Shown: piece by piece, positions 1 to 10,982 of the stretch
Layout of the letters: every line of letters begins with the position of its first letter
How positions within the stretch are numbered: position 1 is the first letter of the stretch
Source: Tetramitus jugosus
Lineage: Eukaryota; Protista; Heterolobosea
Length of the DNA stretch: 64,000 nt
NCBI GenBank assembly: GCA_937625935.1
Contig: OW569391.1
Location: forward strand, 124,001-188,000
Direction of reading: 5' to 3'
Notes under the pieces: model-generated
What the model was told of the DNA's origin: nothing
Database searches by the model: none
The model's input: only the letters and a program-made list of their open reading frames with translations
Program-made: the position numbers and the translations under genes

Positions 1-236
1 GATGGTGGTGATGAAGCAATTGTTCAAAATCAGATTCGAAACGATAACTACTGATCATTGAATGGTTGATGGCCGATGATGGATCATCAATCATGCGCTT
101 TCTTTTCAACGATTGGATAAAAGACTTGTTCATTTGTGACACGTGCAATCCGTGCACATGGAATTTTTTAGTGAGGATGTTGTTGATGTGTTTTTCAGGT
201 GTTGTAAAATTCAAATTTTTTCTGGAAAGGAAGGTT

Positions 237-1265
237 TTATTGGTCGACCAACTCTTCTCTCAAGAATTCATATTCTCTGATCAACAAGAGCATGACCGAG
301 TTGACACGATAGAAGTCCAGATTGACAGAAGTTCCATCATCTTCTGGATCTTTCAAGATATTCATCCCCAATATAAAGCTGAGGTTAGTGTCAGTCATGA
401 GTGATGTATTTACATTGGGTGGAGTGCTAATGTCGTGAAGCAGCTCCAAAAGCCTCATGAGCAAAATTTTATGGTACAGTGGCAATCTATGGTAAAGGGT
501 GAGTAATTTTTGTCTCCTGTGCCGAAAATCTTCCTCAGAGATCGGCTTAGTGAGGGTCAACGCGATCCATTCCCTGAATCGATTCTTCGGTATCAACGGC
601 TCAGGCAATTCTCGTAAGTATCGTTTCAAAAGTGAAGCTACTGTGTGAATTGATATCGTATCAAACATATGGGGATTGAACGAGTTCTTATGTATCATGG
701 ATATTACATTGTCGACCTCCAAAATGTTGCCTGGTATCCGAAAGACACCTTCCACATGAGCAAAAAAATGGAGCTTCTTGAAGCACAAATCCACAAAGAA
801 TGGCACACCAGTTGTGTTTTGTGGGAGTTCTTTCTGCATTCTATCTGATAAATCTATCCCAAACAACAAGAATTTCTCCTCATTGTGGTCACCTATCGCT
901 TTCCTAAAACCCTTGCGATAATTTCTCCTCGGGGTAAGTGTGAAATGGTGATTCGGCCCCCATCTCTTCTTCTCGGAAGTAAAAGCAGGCGATTTTTCAC
1001 ATGAAATTTTCAAGGGACCATCACCATCTTCCAATTCTTTGCTGGAAAACCTCACAAGAGACATATGCTTGCTCTTTGAGACGATCGTTGGACCGTCATG
1101 ATCGTTCTCTCCTCTTGGCGGAAATTCTCTTTGGTTGTTTGAATCTTGTTGGTTTTCGTATTTGTTCCTCACCAGCTCACGTGAGGAATGTCTTCGCCTG
1201 CTCGTTCTCGAAGGTGGTTGTTGGTTATCCCGTCCCTTAAATATCCTATGTATAATGTTTAACAT
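237..1265 (-). CDS. RhoGAP domain protein
   Basis: 342-aa ORF with LFGIDL..VPFFVDLC, arginine finger EGVFRIPGN, IHTVASLLKRYLRELPEPLIP and MTDTNLSFILG motifs typical of RhoGAP domains. Confidence 0.9.
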   Translation of the reverse strand: MLNIIHRIFKGRDNQQPPSRTSRRRHSSRELVRNKYENQQDSNNQREFPPRGENDHDGPTIVSKSKHMSLVRFSSKELEDGDGPLKISCEKSPAFTSEKKRWGPNHHFTLTPRRNYRKGFRKAIGDHNEEKFLLFGIDLSDRMQKELPQNTTGVPFFVDLCFKKLHFFAHVEGVFRIPGNILEVDNVISMIHKNSFNPHMFDTISIHTVASLLKRYLRELPEPLIPKNRFREWIALTLTKPISEEDFRHRRQKLLTLYHRLPLYHKILLMRLLELLHDISTPPNVNTSLMTDTNLSFILGMNILKDPEDDGTSVNLDFYRVNSVMLLLIREYEFLREELVDQ

Positions 1266-1550
1266 TCCGGGTTAGATGTTATCTGTTGAGACCAGCTTGG
1301 AATCGATGTTGGAGCGAACTCACACAGTAGAGATTGATCGTTCGCACGCGCAGAATAATCAATTACAGTAGACTCTTGAGCGCCATGGAGACGTTGCCAA
1401 AATCGGCGGGATTATTTTTTCGAAGAAGCGAAGAAGGTGCCTTGAGCATCGAAGTGTGTGGCCGAAAACTCTCAGTACGCCATCACAAAAAAAGTAAAAA
1501 CAAAGGTACACCAACCCAACCCCAACAACAATCACAAACAAACAAACAGC

Positions 1551-2803
<1,253 letters not shown>

Positions 2804-5368
2804 ATAAAGATTTTTTGTTTGAGAAAAAAGAAGCAAGATGTGGGTCGATCAAAAAACATCAGAATCCATACACAAGTGTTAATCATCCACAATACTGTGA
2901 ATTCTCGGTTACAAGCAACACTTTCGTGCTTCAACACGCCACATTGCTTGTATACAAAAACACACTTGGATGATGAGTCATCCACACGTTGTCATTAAAC
3001 AAGTTCTGAGTCAAAGATGCAATACTTGGTAGAGTTTCATATTGGAGTCTCCTCCAGTAGATGATTTCGGTTGTTGTGTGTATTGGTTCAGAGGATGGAC
3101 GATGGACGTTTTCTTTCAAGACGCGAGATTGAACCACCCAAGAAGAAATAAAGCATTTGCCAAACGAGTAACGTCATCTTTCTGTTGTCTAAATCTCAGT
3201 TTCCTCTAAGCTGCGGAATTGGTGCAGTTGTAAAAATTTCCGTTGAGACTGTCTTTACAACGGCAACGGCCATCTTCCTCGGTTTAAAAAGCGCTGTCTT
3301 TTTCGCTGTTTGATTCAACTCACACATCAAATACAACACACAACAAATACAATAACATTATGCCACGAGGCGTGCCTAAGGACGGCAAGAGAAAGAGAAA
3401 GAGAGAGACTGTCAAAAAGGATGAATACTCATCACATTACGTGGTCAAGGTCGGTCTGAAGTCTCTATTGTTGCATCATCCGACTTTGCTACCGATCATA
3501 CAAACTCGTGCTCTGGATATGACGAAGGTTGCTCTTAGAATCACTCGATTCATAAATGTGTTCGTGTTGAGATACTTGGAGAACGATAGCAACATTCCTC
3601 CATTGGATCAAGGATTTATTCAACGGATTGGCTCTGTCTTGTTTGGACCAAAATCAGAAACAAGAGACGGTAATGTTGCCAATGAATCTGTTAATATGGA
3701 TGATGTCATAGTCAAACTCAGAAAGCTTTATGAGAATTTTTCCACATCCATCAATTACGTTGCAAAGTCTCTCAAGGTCAACATCTCCAACATGCTCAAG
3801 TTCACGCTTGAACAAAGACTGAGAAAGTATCTGATAGTCAGAATGAGTCAATTGTGTTCGGATCCATCTATCCCAAGATCCGAATACAGAAGGGTCGTTG
3901 AATACATTATCAGAAGGTTGACATTCAAAACTCCAGTCTATGACTTCATCAAACTGCCTCCTAGGGGGTTGATTGAAGTCATTCCTGTATTAATTCATGA
4001 GGTCAAAACACTTGCTGCTGTTGGAACCGATGAAGTTATTGATGAATCTTTTGTGGATAACAACACTAACAATATGCTGAAGTTTTACTGGCATGTACAA
4101 CAATTTCTGACAAACAATGGTACAAAATCATTTGCTCTGCTTCCGTTGTCTCGCTTCAAATGCAGATGCATGGAGATTGGGACAGAAGAATTAGTTAAGA
4201 TGCTCCAACGGGCAACATATCCAAATAGAAGAAAGAAAAATGACATTCGTGAACCGATAGAATTCAAATACAATCTGAAGTGTTTGAACACCGGCGAAAA
4301 GATGATTCAGATTGATTCTATCAGAACTGACGGTATTCAAGCCTCTGTTGTTATCAGACATCAACTCATTGGCAATCACAAGAACAATAAGGCAGAGAAA
4401 TCTAAAGGCGAGAAACAAGCAAAGAAGATGAAGAAAGAAACAACTATTGTTGATCAAGATGCAGATTACTTGATTGGTATCGATCCTGGTATTGTCACAT
4501 TGATGAGTTGTGCTGATTCAGATGGTAAAAAGTGGGAGTTCTCCAATAAGGCATACAGACGACTGTCTCATCATTCACAGAACACCAAACGTTTGTTGAA
4601 ATACAAAGCAAAATGGAACACGAAAACTGGAAAAGATTTAGATGAACTCCATAACTCGATCAAACAAGCCAGTGTATCGACAAGTGATCTGTTTATCGAA
4701 CACATTGATTCTGTTTTGAAAGTCGAAGATGACTTGCTTGGTTTTTATTGCACTCCAAAGGTGAAGAGACTGAATTGGGACAGCTATATTATGAGAGACA
4801 AAACAATTGCTGGAGTAATGAATGATTTTCACAAAAGAGCAAATGGAAGAAAGATGGTCATTGGCATGGGCAATGCTGGTTTCAAAAATAGTTACAGAGG
4901 ACATGCTTCAACGCCCAAGGGCAAACTGTTGAAGAAACTGAATGAACGATTTGAAGTGAAAATGATTGACGAATTCATGACCAGCCAAAAATGTTGTGCT
5001 TGCCATTCCCATTTGAAGCCAGTCAAGCACAAACGAATGGACAAGAAAGGTGTATCGGCAATCTCTATTGTACGAGGAGTTAAACAGTGTGCAACCACTA
5101 AATGTTTAGTGACTCACAATAGAGACATCAATGCGGCCAAGAACATGCTCCATCTACTGAGAACAGAAATGGATGGACAGTCACGTCCCGATGCCTTCAA
5201 GAGGAAGAAAAAGGTCGCAAAAGAATTAATCAAAATGGTGGAACACCTCCAAGGCTCACTCCATCAAGCTGCTATGTAAATCCCGATTTTGTAGGAGCGT
5301 TAAGGTGTCTTATCGGGAAACCATAATTTTTTTATTATGGCTTGATCGACAGTAGACCGCCACCTTAA
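2804..5368 (+). mobile_element. Non-autonomous Fanzor1 element (left end at 2795 or 2804 depending on TSD model)
   Basis: Fanzor ORF plus structured 3' end, bounded by identical TTAAGTGTTGCGT at 2791-2803 and 5365-5377; removing it leaves a typical ~90-bp intergenic gap between GMD and the next gene; no transposase ORF inside. Confidence 0.85.
3360..5279 (+). CDS. Fanzor1 RNA-guided endonuclease (TnpB/Cas12 relative), intronless, 639 aa
   Basis: RuvC-I GIDPG; Fanzor-type VIGMGNAG..GHASTP segment; shifted catalytic Glu in IDEFMTSQKC; zinc finger CCAC..CATTKC; RuvC-III NRDINAAKNM; basic N-terminal NLS-like KRKRKR. Confidence 0.93.
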   Translation: MPRGVPKDGKRKRKRETVKKDEYSSHYVVKVGLKSLLLHHPTLLPIIQTRALDMTKVALRITRFINVFVLRYLENDSNIPPLDQGFIQRIGSVLFGPKSETRDGNVANESVNMDDVIVKLRKLYENFSTSINYVAKSLKVNISNMLKFTLEQRLRKYLIVRMSQLCSDPSIPRSEYRRVVEYIIRRLTFKTPVYDFIKLPPRGLIEVIPVLIHEVKTLAAVGTDEVIDESFVDNNTNNMLKFYWHVQQFLTNNGTKSFALLPLSRFKCRCMEIGTEELVKMLQRATYPNRRKKNDIREPIEFKYNLKCLNTGEKMIQIDSIRTDGIQASVVIRHQLIGNHKNNKAEKSKGEKQAKKMKKETTIVDQDADYLIGIDPGIVTLMSCADSDGKKWEFSNKAYRRLSHHSQNTKRLLKYKAKWNTKTGKDLDELHNSIKQASVSTSDLFIEHIDSVLKVEDDLLGFYCTPKVKRLNWDSYIMRDKTIAGVMNDFHKRANGRKMVIGMGNAGFKNSYRGHASTPKGKLLKKLNERFEVKMIDEFMTSQKCCACHSHLKPVKHKRMDKKGVSAISIVRGVKQCATTKCLVTHNRDINAAKNMLHLLRTEMDGQSRPDAFKRKKKVAKELIKMVEHLQGSLHQAAM

Positions 5369-5388
5369 GTGTTGCGTTGTTTGATAAA
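5261..5388 (+). ncRNA. Predicted Fanzor omega-RNA (scaffold to 5368, guide from 5369; 5' end uncertain)
   Basis: Stem TCCCGAT(5281-87)/ATCGGGA(5312-18), whose loop TTAAGGTG (5300-07) is complementary to terminal CACCTTAA (5361-68); hairpin CCATAAT/ATTATGG (5321-40); ATCAAGC(5263-69)/GCTTGAT(5340-46). Confidence 0.75.
5365..5377 (+). repeat. Right copy of 13-bp direct repeat TTAAGTGTTGCGT
   Basis: Exact match to 2791-2803. Confidence 0.9.
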
Positions 5389-5459
5389 ATTATTTTACTG
5401 GTCCTGAGTTTTTTCGGCGCCAACTCAAAACTACAGACAAACAGAATCACAAACAGCGA

Positions 5460-8237
5460 ATGCAACAGTTTGAGGTATTCTCAGAATGGGAAGGTGGGAG
5501 AGTGAGCAGTATGGCTCACTATGAGGACAACCTGTACATGGGAAGTAGTGATGGAAAGTTGTACAGATACCACGTCAAAGAAGAAGCCAGTGTAAGTGAA
5601 CAGATTTTAAGTGTTCTGTTTACTTAGATCGGACGACTAACTGGTTCACACAAGTCTTTCTCAACACTGTTGATGGCAAAAACAACTATTCGGAGCTCTA
5701 AACCAATCCTGAGTATTCAATGTGATCCTACGCAGAAGAAACTATTTGTATTGATCGATCAGATGATCCTGGTTCACAATTGGAATAATCTAGAGCACTT
5801 GTCAACTTTATCAAACTACAAGGGTTGCACGAGTTTCGCAATCAACAAGAACTATTCTCATGACTTATGCTTAGTTCTACAAAAGAAGAAGATCGTTTTT
5901 ATCGATTATACATCCGATTATGACGCTATCCGGGAGATAAAGTCTCCTCTAAACGATTTTATAGTTGATATTGAGTTTATGAAGAATTCTATCTGTTTGG
6001 CATATGCAAAGCAAAAGTGTTTGATTATCAATACAAGAACTGGAGAGATGAACAACCAACTGAAAAGGATGAACATAGCTAGCATATTGAATCAAGAGTT
6101 TTCAGAATATTTGTGTTTTGTGAGATTGATCGCATTGAGAGCTGTCCTTTTGCAAGTGAATGAAGATAATTACACCTACAGCGATGAAATACAATGGATG
6201 GATAAAAAAGAAAACATGCATTCTGTCGGAGTCTGCTTTCCTTATCTGTGTGGAATTGGCCAACAAGGTGTAGAAATTTATAGTCTTTATGAAAAGGCAA
6301 TAACTGAATCAGTAGTTAACCAAAGCTCAGATAAGAGTACGGGCATTATCTCCGAAGGTTCCAAGCAACTCTTTGTAGCGAGAGGTTCATCAGTCTCAGT
6401 ATTCTCCCGTTTGTCCATAGATGAACAAATTTCTTCTCTAATTCAACAGATGAGAGTGGAAGATGCATTGACCATCTTTGATAAGACTTGGAATGGATCT
6501 AAAAAGGATAAAGAAATTCAATATAGATGTTATTGTGAACAAGCAGGCTTCATCTTTCTCTTCTCAGCTCGATTTCAAGAAGCATTCGAGCAACTGTTCA
6601 GATCAGAGATCGATTCCAGAGAAGTCTTACACTATTATGAGGACTTAAAGAGCCCCCTTCTCCCATACAAACCAAAAACAAATCGAGGAGATATGAGAGA
6701 TTTAATCAAAGAACATACAGATGATTCTATGGGAGTTGCTGTTGACATCCGGGTGAAATGTTCTCGGAAGTACCTGTTAGAATACTTACTGAAAGTGAAG
6801 CGGCAACGATTTGGGTTGTTAGAACAAGACCAACTTAAGGCAGTGGACTACGCTATCATGAAGTTGTATTTAGATGATCTGAACAAGTACTCTAGTGAGT
6901 TGAAACAATTACTCAGAGGACATACTCTTCTGGTTTGGAACATTATTTGCGAGACCTTACAGTATCAACCTGTCCTTGCATCCTTCTTTTTGCTGGGCAG
7001 AGGAGATGTGTATGGGGCACTAAAAATGTTGAAAGAACGTTCCGAGCAACCGGTCATTGATTCTTCTCAACTCGAGGTGTGTCTTGTAGAAGGAATATCT
7101 GTTTTGCAGAGTGTCGACGAAGCAAGAGTTGTTTTGGACTATGCTCCTTGGATTTTAGATAAGAGGGGCAGTTCGGGTGTTTCTATCTTTTCGAACAAAG
7201 TTCGAAAAGTGCCTTTGCCTATCCAAGATGTGATTAATTTCCTTCAGAACTATCCACCTCAATTCATGCAAGTGTATCTTGAGGATTTGATCTACGAACA
7301 GGACAATGATGAAGAACAGTATCATACTCGACTTGTACAGTGTTACATTGATGAGCTGCATCCATCTTCGACTATAGATGCCGAGAGAGCGAAAATGATC
7401 AAACACAAACTTAGCCAACTCATGGAGGATTCTGACTGTTATGATCTAAGTCTCGCAGGGGAATATCTCGAACAGACAGAACTGTATGAACAGAGATTGA
7501 TTATTTATAAGAAATTGAACAAGCATGATAAGGCACTCAGTCTCTTGCTATATAAGATGAAAGATGTTGAATGGGCTGAGCGATACTGTGTAGAAGCCTA
7601 TACGACTCTAGAAGAGGACAGTTCTGTTGTCGCTACGTCTAATGATTCAAGCGGGAGACAGAGGAGAAGAAAGCTCATGAACAAGGAGTCGAAAAGAGAA
7701 AAGACAAAATCAGGTCCTTACAATTCTCTGTTGATTTTACTAGCTCGATTGTGTCTCTATCCTGAACAAGATGGAGTCGAGCCTCAGGAAGACTTAGTAA
7801 TTAAAATTTTCACGGCTCATGCCAAGAGGATCAATCCCGTTGAAGCAATAGACTTGATTCCTGAAATTATTGCCTTGGATAAGGTGAGTGTATTGCTTGA
7901 AAGAATGTTGAGGTCGAGTCAGCATGAGAAGCGGCAGAGCATGATGCTCTACAACTTGGCCAAGGCTCAATACCGAAAAACAAATGCAAGTAGAGCGAAA
8001 GGGGAATCAAGAAGGGTGACAATCAAGGAGCACACGAGATGTCCTGTGTGCAAGGATGTATTCGATGCCCAAACCATAGCAGTGTTGCCCGATTTGACCA
8101 TTGTTCACTTCAAGTGTATGGACAGCAAATCAATGCACAAGAATCCCATCACAGGCACCGACTACTCTCTGTTTCCAGAGGCAATTGAACAGCAAATTGA
8201 CTCTGACACGATTCTTCACCCTCCCTTCTTGTTCTAA
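5460..8237 (+). CDS. Vps39/Vps3(TGFBRAP1)-family tethering subunit (intron 5592-5654)
   Basis: N-terminal CNH-like propeller (LYMGSSDGKLYRY), clathrin-repeat region (YLEDLIY..YHTRLVQCY), C-terminal Vps39_2-type CPVC..VHFKC; phase-0 GTAAGT..CTAAC..AAG intron. Confidence 0.85.
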
Positions 8238-8318
8238 CAATAACATGCAAGTTGCAAACAACAAAGCGAATCTGAGTATCATCAGAAAGAAAAAAACAAA
8301 TCAACAAACAAGAAGCAC

Positions 8319-8954
8319 ATGGTACTAGACGGAATCATCATTACAGAGCGCAAAAAGCACGAAAGAGTCATCTACACGAGACAAAATCCAGGATCACTCG
8401 CATCCACACTGCTCTCCTTCCAACAAAGACTTCAAAACGAGAGTGCCACAGTAGATAACATTGACAATGACCTGTTCAATCTGCCTCAACAACGAGTAAC
8501 AAGCACCGGGAACAGCAGTGTTGCAAGCAACAGCATCACTGCACAACTAGCGTCCAGTCTCAGCTCAGACTACCTCAATTTGAATGTTCCATGGGCCGAA
8601 AACATTATTCACTACATGAAACAGGTGAACAAGGGATGTTTGCCCATATTCGATGGTCAATACCTCGTTTCAAGCTTCATGAATCAACGATTGATTGTGT
8701 TTACAGTGGTTGGACCCATTTGTTTCTATGTGATTGGTGATGAGACGCACGGTGAAATGTTTTTAAAGGATATTTGTAGGCGTGTCGTGGAGGGAGCTCG
8801 TGCTGCATGCAAGAGAAACCCTGATGATGTAGAGATTCTATTAAAGAATTATGCTCGGTTGACCATTGTGTTGGATCGTGTGTTGATGGACGAAGTGGAA
8901 TCGGAGACTGGCGATAGTGGAGGTCTTCGGTTCATTGCTGATATGACGGATTAA
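8319..8954 (+). CDS. Longin-fold adaptor small subunit, TSPOON/LOLITA-like (TSET complex)
   Basis: IVFTVVGPICFYVIG..EMFL..ACKRNP..LLKNYARLTIVLDRVL resembles the sigma/zeta-COP-like TSET small subunit pattern. Confidence 0.6.
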   Translation: MVLDGIIITERKKHERVIYTRQNPGSLASTLLSFQQRLQNESATVDNIDNDLFNLPQQRVTSTGNSSVASNSITAQLASSLSSDYLNLNVPWAENIIHYMKQVNKGCLPIFDGQYLVSSFMNQRLIVFTVVGPICFYVIGDETHGEMFLKDICRRVVEGARAACKRNPDDVEILLKNYARLTIVLDRVLMDEVESETGDSGGLRFIADMTD

Positions 8955-9294
8955 AAGAAGAAGAACAAGAAACCTCAAGATGTGTAATTGATGGTGTGAT
9001 CGAATTGGTACTGTACTCTTTGCTAGGTGGAATAATGTCGCCTTGGAAGAAAGTCTCAGAGGTTGTTTGCTTACTCGACATTCAACCTCGAAAATAAAAT
9101 GAGAATATTGTAGATGTAAATGAAGCCTGATCAACAAATCTGGCTGAGCACACTGTGATAGGATGGATGACCTTCCTTTCGAAATGCTTCCTTCCACATC
9201 CAGAATTGCACCACCCAAAAAAAAGCGTCACCATTTTTCCACACAACAACAACAAAAAACCAACAGCAACATCAAATCAACAACAACAACAAAC

Positions 9295-10592
9295 ATGATC
9301 TCTCAAAAGGAAATTGAAAACTTGTGCAACGTTCTCATCACAAGCATACAACGAAAAAAAATCAGTGGTACCTATACGATTGGTAAGGAAACCACTGCTC
9401 TTCTCAGAGGCATCATTGTAACCATGAAAAAGAATGATACAGTGCAGTCCTTGTTGGATGCGTGTCGTCAATTTGGTAGCATCGTACAGAAGGCTCTCCC
9501 TACAATGCACGTCATTGGAAATATTGTGAGAAGAGTGTTGTTTGTCATTAGAGATGAGTACGTTCGTTCGAGAAGACGATTTTTAAGCTCCACATCATCA
9601 ACTGCTACGACTACTACACCTACTACAGCTACAGCTACTAAATCAACAACAGCAGCAACAAAAGCAAATAGTCAAGAAGATGAACAATCACTGGTTCATC
9701 AATTGAATTTGGCCAATTTGTTGGAAACGAGTGGAGAAGTCAATTATACGCATCAAGTGAGTGGTGATTTCAAGGCACATGTCATTGAAGGTGTCAATGA
9801 ATTGATTAACGAGTTGGATGACATACGAACGAATATTGGAGATCAAGCTACGGAGCACATTCATACGAACGAAGTCATTTTGACTATTGGAAAATCACAC
9901 ACTGTTGAAGATTTTTTGATTGATGCAAAGAAGAAGAGAAATTTTGAGGTGATTGTGACGGAGCATGCACCACAGTATGATGGACACGAGATGGTGATGC
10001 GATTGAAGAAGGAGGGAATCAATTGTCATTTGATTTCTGATGCTGCTGCCTATGCAGTCATGTCTAGTGTGAGCAAAGTTCTTGTTGGAACTCATGCAGG
10101 TACGGAATGATGATTGTTTTTTTGCTTGTTGTTTGTTTTTCATTAAGATTGTTTATTGGTGGTGGTGTTTTTGTACGGTTTGCTAATGATTCATGTGGTT
10201 TGTTGTTCTTCTGGTTGCTTGTTCTTGTGATTGCTGATTTCATCTTTTCAGTGATGGCCAATGGTGGTTTGATTGCCTCTTCTAGTACTCACTTGGTCGC
10301 ACTGGCTGCAAAGGAGAAGAGTGTTCCTGTTGTTGTGTGCTGTGGTCTCTACAAGCTGACACCTCTCTATCCGTTGGATCAAGACTCGTTCAATGATCGG
10401 TATGCACCATCGGACATTTTGGGTTACGAGGGAAGTTTGATGAAGTCTGTCCATGCGTATAATCCGGCATTTGACTACGTGCCTCCTGAGTTGGTCGCCA
10501 TGTTCATTACAAACGACCGCACCCACAATCCAACATACATTTATAGACTATTGGCAGAGTATTACAATTCTGCTGACTACTCCCTGGATTAG
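9295..10592 (+). CDS. EIF2B2: Translation initiation factor eIF2B beta subunit (intron 10100-10251)
   Basis: IGNIVRRVL, HIHTNEVILTIG, spliced GTHAVMANGG, YKLTPLYP, NPAFDYVPPELV, YIYRLLAEYY. Confidence 0.93.
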
Positions 10593-10982
10593 AGACGCAT
10601 GAGCGTGTTAAAAACGAATCTTAGCTTGAATAAAGATCAAAAATGCGAAAAGGATCATATAGAATCGGAATATGCAATCTTTGTTGTTCAGCACATAATC
10701 TTATGTAGAGGACAAGAAGTTCAAATCATTTCGTGCAAAGTTAGCTGCCAGAAGAAAATATGGACAATGCGAGAAAAAGCATCAGTCAGATTGCATGTGG
10801 GACTATTTCACCTCCCGGAAAAATAGGATTGACCATAAAAAGCCTACATTACTGAGGGTTCTCGAGTAGTCTCCTATCTCAATACTAACTCAGCCAGATG
10901 GTGCTTAACTTCTCTATTCGAAATGGGAAGAGGTGGTCCACCATTGTATGAACGTAGACACCTCTATTGCCAAAATAGAGCT

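Noticed and set aside
2804-3359. Transposase remnant or Helitron-type ends in the Fanzor element's left arm
   Set aside because: Only short ORFs without recognisable motifs; a flanking duplication argues against Helitron insertion
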